A stretch of DNA of 54,858 bases from an uncultured Oligoflexia bacterium (GCA_964360145.1 CAYHWW010000004.1:1-54858); one strand, 5' to 3'. Positions 32,946 through 42,502 are shown, counted from the first letter of the stretch. The notes: generated from the sequence alone by a model not told the origin. Numbers and translations: made by a program.

Positions 32946-33191
32946 ATGACGAAACACGACAAACTGCTCCAGAAGCTGCGCCAAGGAAGCATCGACGCCA
33001 AAGAACTGATAACGCTTTTGAAGCAAGAGGGCTGGACCCTCGACCGCACCAAAGGAAGCCACGAAGTTTGGATCAAGGGCCCACAGACCTATGTGCTCGC
33101 CACGCACACGAAAGACCTAAAGCCCTATCAACGCCGGGCGGCCCAGGAACTGCTCTTGAAGGAGGACCACGATGAAGAAGAAAAAGATTGA
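32946..33191 (+). CDS. hicA: HicA family toxin
   Basis: L...GW...R.KGSH motif, upstream of HicB. Confidence 0.88.
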   Translation: MTKHDKLLQKLRQGSIDAKELITLLKQEGWTLDRTKGSHEVWIKGPQTYVLATHTKDLKPYQRRAAQELLLKEDHDEEEKD

Positions 33192-33513
33192 GTTGAAATA
33201 CCGCCTCGAAATCAACTGGAGCCCCGAGGATGATGCCTTCGTCGTGAAAGTCCCCGAACTCCCCGGCTGCATGACCCATGCAGAGACGCCCGAGAAGGCC
33301 GTACACATGGCCCAGGAGGCCATCGAGGGTTACATTGAAAGCCTTGAGGCGCGCGGGCTCCCCGTGCCTAAGCCCCTTGCCGAAAAACGCTTCACGGGAA
33401 AGATCCCTCTCCGCATCGACCCCAACCTTCACCGCGACATTGCTGTGAAAGCCGAGATTGAAGGCGTGAGCGTCAATCGCTTCATTGAGAGAAAACTTAA
33501 AAAGGCCGTGTAG
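33172..33513 (+). CDS. hicB: HicB family antitoxin
   Basis: VPELPGC.T...T.E.A, C-terminal RHH G..PLRI.P.LH...A...G.S.N. Confidence 0.92.
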   Translation: MKKKKIELKYRLEINWSPEDDAFVVKVPELPGCMTHAETPEKAVHMAQEAIEGYIESLEARGLPVPKPLAEKRFTGKIPLRIDPNLHRDIAVKAEIEGVSVNRFIERKLKKAV

Positions 33514-33549
33514 CTGGCCCTCTGTGTCCGGTATGGACCTTTAGTAAAA

Positions 33550-33594
<45 letters not shown>

Positions 33595-34029
33595 GGAGTC
33601 AGCCCGAGAGAGCTCTAAGCCCCCGAAATAACTCAAATACCCTTACAGAACGCGAGATTTGCGCTGTTTTTTCGCATCTCTCCCTTTCCGTTCGGATCCG
33701 TATCTTTCTGCAACTCTACGCCACTTTGTGCATCGCCGGTGCGACCCAGCGCCGCATGGCCACAGAGCGCGTACTTGCAGTGCTGGATCGGCTTGTTGCT
33801 GGCGTGCGGTCGTCTGACGACGACGGGAGCGCCACCATGCCACCACCATAAAGCACAAAGCCCGGTCTTTTGGACCGGGCTCTGAGTTGCGTTTTAAACC
33901 TTTTGACGGAGCGGCTGTATCGAGCAGCTGCCTCGCCCTCACTTACGTCGAGTCTACTTTTGTAGACTCGCGCGCGTGCCATTCCATATTCTTCGGGATC
34001 GGCACACGAGTCAATACAGAAAGACATCT

Positions 34030-34848
34030 ATGACATCGTGCCCAGTGATCGCAGTTGCGAATCAAAAAGGCGGCGTCGGCAAAACGACCACCGCCATCAA
34101 CCTTGCTCAAGCTTTGGCCCTTCAAGACCTGAAGGTCTTGCTCGTTGACCTCGACCCCCAGGGGAACGCTTCCCAGGGCGTGGGGGTGAAGCTTGAATCT
34201 ATTCAGGGGTCGGTTGCCGATTTGATCCGCTCAAAAGAGTACCCTGCGGCGTCATGCATCTACCGCGGCGACGGCCTGGACCTGCTCCCCGCTACCCCGG
34301 CACTGTCTCGCGTGGAACGAGAGATGGTGGGCCTGACCAACTCAGAGCTGCGCCTCAGCCAGCGGCTGGCGTCCCTGCGAGAACAATACAGCGTCGTCAT
34401 CATCGACACGCCACCCACCTTTGGGCCGCTGATGAACTCGGCGCTTAATGCGGCGGATCGCCTGATCGTGCCCGTAGATTCGAGCTTCTTCGCGTTGCTC
34501 GGCATCAAGGAGCTGCTCACCGAGATTGAAGAGATCCGCGCCGGAACGAACCCCAGGCTATCAGTGCTGGGGTACCTGCTGACGCTTACCGACCCCACGA
34601 ACATCGCCAATCAGGCCCGGGACACCCTGCTCGAGAGCTTTGGGGCGCAGGTCTTTGAGACTCGCATACGACGTTCAGTGAAGCTCAAGGAAGCCCCGGC
34701 TTTAGGCAAGACGATCTTCCACCATGCTCCAGACTCTGCTGGTGCCCGCGACTACCTGGGGCTCTGCGTGGAGGTCATGACACGTCTGGGCATCGGCGAG
34801 GCCACAAGCACTGCTCCGCGCCTCACCGTAGTTGGAGGTGCACCATGA
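34030..34848 (+). CDS. parA: ParA/Soj family ATPase
   Basis: NQKGGVGKTT, DLDPQGN, IDTPP. Confidence 0.93.
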   Translation: MTSCPVIAVANQKGGVGKTTTAINLAQALALQDLKVLLVDLDPQGNASQGVGVKLESIQGSVADLIRSKEYPAASCIYRGDGLDLLPATPALSRVEREMVGLTNSELRLSQRLASLREQYSVVIIDTPPTFGPLMNSALNAADRLIVPVDSSFFALLGIKELLTEIEEIRAGTNPRLSVLGYLLTLTDPTNIANQARDTLLESFGAQVFETRIRRSVKLKEAPALGKTIFHHAPDSAGARDYLGLCVEVMTRLGIGEATSTAPRLTVVGGAP

Positions 34849-36035
34849 GTAAAGAAGAGCTCAAGACCGCCCTCTCTGGTTTAAACGTAAGCCGCCCGCT
34901 GAAGATCGCGGCCACGGCCCCTGTATTTCAGGCGCCTGAACCTGTGGGGACAGCAGGAACCCAGGTTCAATCTGAACCTGGGTTCACCACAATCCCAGAG
35001 TCAAAAACACCCCCGGTTCAAAATGAACCCAGGATTGAGCGCAGCAGCGGACCACGGGCAGCAACACCGCAAGACGATGCCGTGCTTCTACAACGCGAGT
35101 TGCACGACAAGTTGGCGACGGGTTACACGCGGCTGCCCAACGCGCTGTTGATGAATATGCTCGTGGGGGATCTGGGCAAGAATGAAGTGCGGTTGCTGCT
35201 CCTCATCGCCCGGCTCACCCTCTCCTTTGATCGTGAATTCGTGAAGTTATCCAAGGGTGTGGTGAAGCGCTACACGGGCATGCAGGGGAGGGCCATGCTC
35301 GATGCTTTTGGCGTGCTCGAAGAGCGTAAGCTCATCAGGAAAGTGACGGGTGATCACAAGTCGCCCAACCAGTATGCGCTCACTGCCGAGGTCACTACGG
35401 CAGGCCCCAGCCCGGGTTCAAAACGAACCCAGGTTCAAAATCCACCCCAGGTTCAGAATAGCACCCAGGGGTGGGTTCAAAATGAACCCCCTAGAAAGGA
35501 TAATCTAGAAATATACAAAAACTCTCTCTCTCAACAACCTGACTCGGTACGTGATTACTTCGCAGCACCGATGACCGCACGGAAGCGTGAGAGTGAGTGG
35601 TTGGCCTACCAGGGGCTTGTCTCGCAGTTCGCGCTGGCCGATGTGGCGCGGGCGCTGGAGCATGTGCGCCGTCACGGGCTGCCCGGCAGCAAAGAGCCCT
35701 GCCATTCGCCCATGGCTTTTCTGAGCATGGGCATGGGCCAGGTGCTTGCTGCACTGAACGGCGCGAGGGTGGGGGCAGAGCGCGTGCGTCTCGAAGCGGT
35801 GGAACGGGAACGGTCTGTGCAGCAAGAAGTCTGCGAATTTCAGGCCGACGCTGCCCAGGCACGCGAGCGGGAGGCGGCCTTTACAGCAGCATTCCCCACA
35901 GCGGCCGAGCAGACCGCCCTGATGGCCAAGTATGCTGCCGAAAACCGTCTCCTCACTCCTAGCGGGCCCATTGCGCGACGGCTCGCCATCGCGGATTGGT
36001 GGGAGCGAACGCAATCCATGCGGGTGGTCTCATGA
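34845..36035 (+). CDS. putative replication initiator (phage O-like/HTH Rep)
   Basis: GYTRLPN...L.K.E..LLL.I.RLT wHTH-like region; internal iteron-like repeats. Confidence 0.6.
   Translation: MSKEELKTALSGLNVSRPLKIAATAPVFQAPEPVGTAGTQVQSEPGFTTIPESKTPPVQNEPRIERSSGPRAATPQDDAVLLQRELHDKLATGYTRLPNALLMNMLVGDLGKNEVRLLLLIARLTLSFDREFVKLSKGVVKRYTGMQGRAMLDAFGVLEERKLIRKVTGDHKSPNQYALTAEVTTAGPSPGSKRTQVQNPPQVQNSTQGWVQNEPPRKDNLEIYKNSLSQQPDSVRDYFAAPMTARKRESEWLAYQGLVSQFALADVARALEHVRRHGLPGSKEPCHSPMAFLSMGMGQVLAALNGARVGAERVRLEAVERERSVQQEVCEFQADAAQAREREAAFTAAFPTAAEQTALMAKYAAENRLLTPSGPIARRLAIADWWERTQSMRVVS
34964..35030. repeat. iteron cluster 1 (4 x 17-bp period, consensus GGTTCAAAATGAACC)
   Basis: Copies at 34964, 34981, 34998 (degenerate), 35015. 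Confidence 0.75.
35415..35490. repeat. iteron cluster 2 (4 copies GGTTCA-N3-TGAACC-like)
   Basis: Copies at 35415, 35432, 35450, 35474, followed by an AT-rich tract. Confidence 0.75.
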
Positions 36036-36238
36036 GCAAGGACAAGATCGCCCATGACTTGCTCTTCACCTCCCATGAGCTGAATGCCCTGGCGGACCTC
36101 TTCGAGCCCTACGGCGAGCACTGCCTTTCTCGGGTGGGGGCCGAGGGCCTGGCGATCATGCTTCGTAGGATAGCGAAAAGACTGAGAAAGCATTCGATTC
36201 AGCTTGAGGAGGCAGGTCACAACCATGAAAACGAGTGA
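36032..36238 (+). CDS. small hypothetical protein
   Basis: 68 aa, ATGA-coupled to Rep gene. Confidence 0.55.
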   Translation: MSKDKIAHDLLFTSHELNALADLFEPYGEHCLSRVGAEGLAIMLRRIAKRLRKHSIQLEEAGHNHENE

Positions 36239-36350
36239 ACGCCTGGACTTCACTAAATATATTGCCCACTTACGCTATGGCTATAATTTGGCTAATATCT
36301 GGTCAAGCTGTGGTATTCCTATGCCGAAACAATATGCAGGAGTGAAAAAT

Positions 36351-36743
36351 ATGACGACCGCCGCCGCACGCAACATCTTCGCCAATGTGCCTCAAAGTAA
36401 CCACCTGCACTTTCTAGATGGCGGTGCCTCCTACCCCAAAAAGGTGGCTGAGTTTCTCAAGCTCACCCAAGAAGACGTGGCTCATGCCGTGGGCGTGGCA
36501 AGATCCACCGTGCGCTATGACGAGCGCATTTCCCCTGAGGTCGAACAGCGGCTCATGGAAATCGGCACCATCTGTGAGATTGTCGCAAACTACTTCAAGG
36601 GTGACGTTCAAAAGGCGGCGCTCTGGTTCACCATGACCAACCCGTTGCTGGGTAATGTGAGTCCCCGCGATCTCATCCGCTTCGGCAGATACAAGAAGCT
36701 CATGCAGTTTGTGTTGAATTCAATTGCCGGCAACACTCCGTAA
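36351..36743 (+). CDS. Xre/MbcA/ParS-type antitoxin
   Basis: CAGGAG RBS; HTH then A..WF...NPLLG..SP.DL (DUF2384-like). Confidence 0.85.
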   Translation: MTTAAARNIFANVPQSNHLHFLDGGASYPKKVAEFLKLTQEDVAHAVGVARSTVRYDERISPEVEQRLMEIGTICEIVANYFKGDVQKAALWFTMTNPLLGNVSPRDLIRFGRYKKLMQFVLNSIAGNTP

Positions 36744-37670
36744 ATGGGCCGCAGAACTCCGCCCCGCCTACTTGGTGCGCGCAGAAGGAACAAAAGAACA
36801 GTTCGCAAGGCCTATGTCCTCGATGCCTTCTCTCACGGGGACATTCAGAGGTGGGCAGACGCCAGTGAACGCACCCGGAAGTACCACTGGGACTACTACT
36901 CCCATCTCGCCCATCTTCGCGCTGAGATCTTTGATCAGCTCAAAGAGTCTCTCGCAACGAAGACTCGTGCTCATGTAATCAGCAACTGGTGCAGAATCGT
37001 GCCCAACAAATTCGTAAATGCACCACTCTCTGCGCAAGGAAGCGTATTAAACGAGGTGGGTGGACGCTTCAACATCGGCTCTATCGATGAGACGTTGTAT
37101 TCCAAGTTTCCCGCACTATATGTCGGCGAGGATTTCGAGGCGGCTTTCCGTGAGAAATTTGGCGTCACCTCAGGTGACAGCACCGGCGGCCTCAGGGCCG
37201 AGGAAATGGCTTTTTGTGCGAAAGATTCATTTTCAGTTTTCTCCCTGTCAGGACGCATTGAGAGCGTACTCGACATCAATGATCCCAGCGCTGTTGAACC
37301 TTTTGTAAATCTCATCAGCCGCTTCAAGATGCCAAGGACATTGATGGCGAAGGCAAAGAGCCTACGGCTTCCGGCGCCCAGTGTGGTGAGCGATGTCGCG
37401 TCATTACTAAAGACGCTTTTCGACCCCAACTGGCGGATCAATGCGACGGCTTTCAATGTGCCTGCGGGACCGCAGCTTTTTGGTCAGATTGTCCATGCAG
37501 CCGGCATTGAAGGAATTTTATACCGCTCGAAGCATGGTCACAAAAATTGCTTGGCAGTCTTCCCTGAAAACTTCAAGAGTAGCGATTCTTATATCGAGAT
37601 TAACGGAGAGCTCGCCGCTACGCTGCAACCTAAGCGGCTTGATGCATCTACGTGGGCGTCGACGGTTTGA
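36744..37670 (+). CDS. RES domain toxin (NAD+-consuming)
   Basis: GGRFN, ALY.GED...A.RE, EGILYRS. Confidence 0.85.
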   Translation: MGRRTPPRLLGARRRNKRTVRKAYVLDAFSHGDIQRWADASERTRKYHWDYYSHLAHLRAEIFDQLKESLATKTRAHVISNWCRIVPNKFVNAPLSAQGSVLNEVGGRFNIGSIDETLYSKFPALYVGEDFEAAFREKFGVTSGDSTGGLRAEEMAFCAKDSFSVFSLSGRIESVLDINDPSAVEPFVNLISRFKMPRTLMAKAKSLRLPAPSVVSDVASLLKTLFDPNWRINATAFNVPAGPQLFGQIVHAAGIEGILYRSKHGHKNCLAVFPENFKSSDSYIEINGELAATLQPKRLDASTWASTV

Positions 37671-37765
37671 GATATTTACTTATGATAGTTATGCCCAACC
37701 TCTGCAAGTAGATGGTCCGTGAACCCCAGGAACGAACACTTTCAGACGCCACCACAGGGAACCCC

Positions 37766-38305
37766 ATGATCACCTTTGTTAAAGGCAATCTCTTCGACTC
37801 CGCCGCCCAGGTTGTGACCAACACGGTGAATTGTGTAGGCGTCATGGGCAAAGGCGTCGCGCTGGAGTTCAAGAACCGCTACCCGGCGCTGTTCGAAGAC
37901 TATCGTGCACGCTGCGGCCGCAGCGAGGTCCGCCCTGGCGAGCCCTATCTCTGGGAAGATGATCGCGTTCAGGTTTTGAATTTTCCAACAAAACGCGACT
38001 GGCGTGAGAATTCGCGCCTCGAAGACATCGAACAGGGACTTCAGTATCTTGCGAAGCACTACCAAGACCTTGGCATTCAAAGCCTTGCCATGCCTGCCCT
38101 CGGCTGTGGCAACGGCGGGTTGCGCTGGGAAGATGTGCGTCCGCTGATCACTAAGCACCTGGGCCATCTTACTGACATGGATATCTACGTTTATGAGCCT
38201 GGCGTTGCCGCCACAGGCCGTAATCCATCGCAGGACTCCAAGCCGAAGTCTGATTCTGGCCCGACTCATTCGCTGCACAAGCGTCTCTGTGGTGAAGAAG
38301 GTTGA
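37766..38305 (+). CDS. macrodomain protein (DarG/Poa1p-like)
   Basis: GNLF...NTVNCVGVMGKGVALEFK, NFPTK, SLAMPALGCGNGGL.W. Confidence 0.92.
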   Translation: MITFVKGNLFDSAAQVVTNTVNCVGVMGKGVALEFKNRYPALFEDYRARCGRSEVRPGEPYLWEDDRVQVLNFPTKRDWRENSRLEDIEQGLQYLAKHYQDLGIQSLAMPALGCGNGGLRWEDVRPLITKHLGHLTDMDIYVYEPGVAATGRNPSQDSKPKSDSGPTHSLHKRLCGEEG

Positions 38306-38309
38306 CCCT

Positions 38310-38663
38310 ATGAAGGGCCTCATCATCGCCGCACCTTGGATTACACTGATACTCGAAGGCAAGAAGAGCTGGGAAATTCGGGGCCGCTCCACGAAGATTC
38401 GCGGTAAAATTGCCTTAATTGAAAAGGGCACAAAGACTATTGTCGGTTACGCAGAGCTCACAGATGTCAAAGGCCCACTATCAGACGCTGAAGTCCGCAA
38501 GAATAAATCCAAGCACGCAGTAGACCCCAAGATCATTTTGGACCCCATTGATGGCTATGATGACATCTACGCGTGGATATTAACTGACGTTGTGAAGCTA
38601 AGGGTACCCAAGCCCTATCGTCACAAATCTGGCTGCGTGACCTGGGTGAATATACCTTGCTGA
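38310..38663 (+). CDS. ASCH domain protein
   Basis: PW..LIL.GKK.WEIR, RG.IALI, YAW.L. Confidence 0.88.
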   Translation: MKGLIIAAPWITLILEGKKSWEIRGRSTKIRGKIALIEKGTKTIVGYAELTDVKGPLSDAEVRKNKSKHAVDPKIILDPIDGYDDIYAWILTDVVKLRVPKPYRHKSGCVTWVNIPC

Positions 38664-38725
38664 GCATTGCCGCGCTGGGCCGTCAGGACTCCAAAACTTT
38701 TAGTTCCTGCTGAATAAGCCTGGTA

Positions 38726-39727
38726 TCAACGCAATCCAGCTAACTTCCATCGTACGTGAAGAAAGGGCAGCAAGCGCTCTAGCGCGCTCATCTGAGCGAG
38801 GCCAGAGGAGCGTTTTAGTACCACTACGTCCTCCGGTGTCGGATAGTAGAGCGCCTCGGGATCTCTGCAGCTAGCGTAGTCGTCTGGGCCGGTGACACTA
38901 CACATGTAGTCCCACGTTAGCTGCTGGCACCTCATGGGGTTACTGCTCTCGTACACTTTCATCAAATCCTCCTGGCCCGCGTCGGCCCGCAGAGCAAATA
39001 ATCGTGAGCAAGCGCGCGCAAATTCTAGTGCGTCCGCTTTGACAATAAATCCTCCTAGACGGTATCCCTCTGGCACTTCGCCGAAGTCATCCCACCCCTC
39101 TACATAATAAGGTATTGCAGCGTCGGCAAGGCGAACCTCCGCAGCAAGTGTGTGTACTCGTTCACTGAAAATACCAGCCAGTCGATAGAAGCCATCAGAT
39201 TCAGAGACTTCACTTGACCTCTTTGTAAAAACTCTTGCGAGACCTTCATAGTACCAAACGATATCAATTGGCGGAGCACTGAACCGAGACCAGACCTCGT
39301 TTGGCTTTGAGCAGTAAAGGTCGTTCAAGATTGCACTCACGTTGTGCATCTTGTCCGCCAACGAGACAAGCAGCGATTCGGGCCGCGACTTATGCTCGAT
39401 GTGCTTAAGGTAGCGTTCTTTTCGTAATTTCCAGGGCGGCTTGGGGGTTGCGGAGGAATCAGTGCAATCAGCAACGATGGTCGAGACCCGAGTGCCAAAT
39501 TTCGTTTCTATCTGAGAAAATGTCACACCACAATCTTCGATAGTATCGTGAAGAAATGCGGCCATAGCCTGGTCTTCTGTACCGCCGTGTTCGAGCACCA
39601 AAGAGGCTACTGCCATTGGATGCGCAAGATACGGAATCGTAGTGCCCTTGCGTATCTGACCGTCATGGGCGGCGCGAGCAAACTCTAGCGCGCGGGATAA
39701 TCTTTCCGTCAATTTTGTTGTCATCAT
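38726..39727 (-). CDS. HD domain protein (RelA/SpoT-type small alarmone hydrolase-like) with C-terminal extension
   Basis: H.GQ.RKG..IPY..HP, LHDTIED, VSLADK.HN. Confidence 0.85.
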   Translation of the reverse strand: MMTTKLTERLSRALEFARAAHDGQIRKGTTIPYLAHPMAVASLVLEHGGTEDQAMAAFLHDTIEDCGVTFSQIETKFGTRVSTIVADCTDSSATPKPPWKLRKERYLKHIEHKSRPESLLVSLADKMHNVSAILNDLYCSKPNEVWSRFSAPPIDIVWYYEGLARVFTKRSSEVSESDGFYRLAGIFSERVHTLAAEVRLADAAIPYYVEGWDDFGEVPEGYRLGGFIVKADALEFARACSRLFALRADAGQEDLMKVYESSNPMRCQQLTWDYMCSVTGPDDYASCRDPEALYYPTPEDVVVLKRSSGLAQMSALERLLPFLHVRWKLAGLR

Positions 39728-39797
39728 GCCAAGTATATTAACCTAAAACGAAGCCGATTCATTATCTCTATCCAACGATAAATACTGCGCTAGTCTA

Positions 39798-40493
39798 TTA
39801 CGGCACACAAAATTCTTCAATAAAGCGAACGGCATCGGGAAAGTCATGACGCAAACGAAGCTCCGAGTACGATAAACTCGCACTAAGATCCCATCCGAGC
39901 AGACTGCAAATCGCTCTATCTACCGAGGATATCTCCTTCATCAAAGCGTCGGCATTTCGTAGGTACCAATCCCGAGCCATTTCGACTGCCTCAGTCTGAC
40001 CTGGCGTCAACGCCGTATCATCCTTATGAAAGGGCGCGCACGTACCCCATAGATCCCCTTCGATAAGGCCGTCTATTTCGTTCTGAAACGAAAGGACGTG
40101 TAGACGTACTCTGAGTAGCTGTGTCAGCGCTGTATTCCGTTTAATTGGGATGTGTCTCGAAACGTCGGACAAAACCACGCGCTCTATATACTCTGGATCA
40201 GGTAGCGCAAGGCCAGAACCAACCGAACGCAAAGCCGAGCTGTAAAAATTTGATCGGCCAGTAAGATACGGCTGCGCCCTGCCTGGAGGGTCCATCTTCT
40301 TGAGCAGTTCTTCGCGGCACTTGAGCATTGCCAGAGAAATCGCGTCGGACACGGAAAAGATGGCGTTTGCACCAAAATACGATTCAAAATCGTAATCTGT
40401 GCCACACCGCTCAACGTCAGCAGGAATCCGATCATGCTGCCACATCCGACGATTCGACGAGTACAAGATTTCACGCTGGAGACTCATCAACAT
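39798..40493 (-). CDS. hypothetical protein
   Basis: 231-aa ORF between co-oriented genes. Confidence 0.55.
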   Translation of the reverse strand: MLMSLQREILYSSNRRMWQHDRIPADVERCGTDYDFESYFGANAIFSVSDAISLAMLKCREELLKKMDPPGRAQPYLTGRSNFYSSALRSVGSGLALPDPEYIERVVLSDVSRHIPIKRNTALTQLLRVRLHVLSFQNEIDGLIEGDLWGTCAPFHKDDTALTPGQTEAVEMARDWYLRNADALMKEISSVDRAICSLLGWDLSASLSYSELRLRHDFPDAVRFIEEFCVP

Positions 40494-40541
40494 AGAGTCA
40501 TTCTCATTTTGTCTTTACCGAAATTATTTTCTTCATGGGCA

Positions 40542-41705
40542 TCATCCACGATCTTCGCATGGAGACAAACAAGTTTTATCAACATCAACGAATTGCGGTA
40601 TTTCTGGCTTGAATAAAAGCCTTATTTTTTCACATTTCCTCGAGCCATTTTTGGCAATAATCAATTCTGCAACACCAGTCTCGGATGAGTGAATATTGTA
40701 AGCCTCATCGCGATACACAAAGATCACGATGTCAGCTTCCGCCTCGATAGCGCTCGATTCCCATACCCGTAAGTCGCTGAGGGTCGGGCGTTTGTCAGTG
40801 CGATTTTCAACGTTACGGTTCAGCTGGGAAAGGGCGACCACTGGGCACCCCAGCTCTTTGGCGAGCACTTTGAGCGATCTAGAAATTTCAGATATTTCTT
40901 GTTTACGACTAGCAGCGCCTTTGGCCCCCGTCGTGCTTCCAGACATCAATTGAATATAATCAACTACCACCAGGTCGAGACGGCCTTCATCAGAGAGTAA
41001 TCTACGACATCTCCTTACAAGTTCTTCGGTAGTAAGAGCTGGACTATCATCTAAAAACAGTCGCGAAGTCGAAAGTTTGTTTGCCGCCAAGGACAGTCGT
41101 TTCCACTGCGCTTCATCCAATTTTCCCTGCGCAAGGCATTTTGCGTGAATCTCGGCAAGCTGCCCTAGAAGACGCAGCCCAAGTTCTTCCTTATCCATTT
41201 CCAAAGAAAATATCGCAGCGACATGCAGCGGGTTGCAGCTTACGAAATTTGTAATTCCAAGGGCTAACGTCGTCTTTCCCATGGCTGGGCGCGCTCCAAT
41301 TACGATAAGTTGACCGGGACAGAGCCCACCTGTGGCTTCATCCAACGTAGGCAGCCCTGTTAATAGCGCCGATACATTATCCGTGGATGCGTGGTCACTG
41401 GCAGGGGGAACAGCATCACGAATTTCGGTGAGCAACGCGCAGATCCGCTCTCGCGCACGCCTTGATTCAGACGCAGTGACCGATCCGAGGAACATCTTTG
41501 CGTCTTTCACCGTATGACGCACTTTTTCACGAAGTCCCGCCAGGATATCGACCCATCCCTCCGCGCTCGTACCGACAGTGGCGATTGCAAATGTCGTCGC
41601 GCTGGCCTTTTCGATCAGGCTACTGAGAGCATCAGAGGACAAGCCTGCAAGTTGGTGCTCAAAGGACATGGGCACGCGGGACATCTCACTCGGTTTCTTC
41701 GTCAT
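40542..41705 (-). CDS. DnaB-like helicase (C-terminal ATPase domain, atypical N-terminus)
   Basis: GARPAMGKT, FSLEM, VVDYIQLM, LSQLNR, RP.LSDLR; AGGAG RBS. Confidence 0.88.
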   Translation of the reverse strand: MTKKPSEMSRVPMSFEHQLAGLSSDALSSLIEKASATTFAIATVGTSAEGWVDILAGLREKVRHTVKDAKMFLGSVTASESRRARERICALLTEIRDAVPPASDHASTDNVSALLTGLPTLDEATGGLCPGQLIVIGARPAMGKTTLALGITNFVSCNPLHVAAIFSLEMDKEELGLRLLGQLAEIHAKCLAQGKLDEAQWKRLSLAANKLSTSRLFLDDSPALTTEELVRRCRRLLSDEGRLDLVVVDYIQLMSGSTTGAKGAASRKQEISEISRSLKVLAKELGCPVVALSQLNRNVENRTDKRPTLSDLRVWESSAIEAEADIVIFVYRDEAYNIHSSETGVAELIIAKNGSRKCEKIRLLFKPEIPQFVDVDKTCLSPCEDRG

Positions 41706-41757
41706 TTCAGTGTTCTCCTCACTATCCGGTCAATAAAGCAGCGGTCGCGTAAGATTT

Positions 41758-41789
41758 AGAGTAACCCGGCACAATGACACCTACGGTCA
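41758..41789 (-). promoter_or_regulatory. TGAC-N7-GTCA-N11-TACTCT promoter upstream of dnaB-like gene
   Basis: Same architecture seen at four sites in the island. Confidence 0.6.
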
Positions 41790-41834
41790 ACGGCAAGGTG
41801 CGTCGCCGAATAGAAAGAGCGTGCCGACATCGAT
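41762..41834. repeat. 73-bp direct repeat copy 1 (promoter module)
   Basis: Identical except 1 nt to 42475..42547. Confidence 0.92.
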
Positions 41835-41977
41835 TTTGTACGGGTGATAGCAGCTGGGACATGCGAGCACGGTCACGTGATGAAAGCCTTCGGGGCACAT
41901 ATTTCGATACTTCCTCTCCTGGGGGTTGGCCGCGCACTCATGTGCAATAACCGCAATTGGTAGTGTTAGCCGGCGGC

Positions 41978-42286
41978 TTACGGCGCAGACCCTGTTCGCT
42001 CTAACAAATCAACAAGGGTTCCCAGTACAATACGGATAGAAGCCCCCGTCTGCGGCGTGAGCGCTCTGTCAATCAGCTCGTCTTTTTGCAGCCGCTCTAT
42101 CAGCTCATAGTCGAGCTCGCCAAAACGTAGTGCAATCTGGACTTCCCAATCGACTTCCAAATTGGGCGCTAAAGCACGGATCTTAGCATCGACTTCCTTA
42201 CAATCGCCCTTGTCTGCTTGGAGCGCCTTGCGCTCAAGCGAGAGCTGCATGACTTGGTTCTTTAATTTACTTTCCAGAAACATCAT
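41978..42286 (-). CDS. hypothetical protein
   Basis: 102 aa; may be the frameshifted continuation of 42283..42453. Confidence 0.5.
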   Translation of the reverse strand: MMFLESKLKNQVMQLSLERKALQADKGDCKEVDAKIRALAPNLEVDWEVQIALRFGELDYELIERLQKDELIDRALTPQTGASIRIVLGTLVDLLERTGSAP

Positions 42287-42453
42287 CGGAAATTCATGGA
42301 AAGCTTCTGAGGCCGGAATGCCAACACTCGCCTGCCCAAAGCGCGGTCAGTGGAATAGACGAGATAAGCATCTAGCCTTGGGTGCTTCTTCTTTAAGTCC
42401 GAAAAGATCTGCTTTGCCAGCGTGTCTGCTCGACCGATGTCTTTGTACTGCAT
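42283..42453 (-). CDS. small hypothetical protein
   Basis: GGAG RBS and ATG at 42453 just downstream of the repeat promoter. Confidence 0.5.
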   Translation of the reverse strand: MQYKDIGRADTLAKQIFSDLKKKHPRLDAYLVYSTDRALGRRVLAFRPQKLSMNFR

Positions 42454-42470
42454 CTTGTACTCCGACACGC

Positions 42471-42502
42471 AGAATAACCCGGCACAATGACACCTACGGT
42501 CA
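42471..42502 (-). promoter_or_regulatory. TGAC-N7-GTCA-N11-TATTCT promoter
   Basis: Same architecture seen at four sites in the island. Confidence 0.6.

Noticed and set aside
33859-33881. Hairpin AGCCCGGTC-N5-GACCGGGCT upstream of parA
   Set aside because: Real inverted repeat but single copy with no U-tract; cannot be assigned as terminator or parS
34964-35490. CRISPR array
   Set aside because: Repeats are about 15 bp with 2-9 nt gaps inside an ORF, there are no spacers, and no cas operon is present; the Cas4-like domain at 42627 is a stand-alone DUF2779 protein
37670-38305. DarTG system
   Set aside because: The macrodomain is DarG-like but no darT ORF is adjacent and the DarG C-terminal domain is missing
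41811-41828. sigma54-like CGGCACGCTCTTTCT in the 73-bp repeat (minus strand)
   Set aside because: The -12 GC dinucleotide is absent
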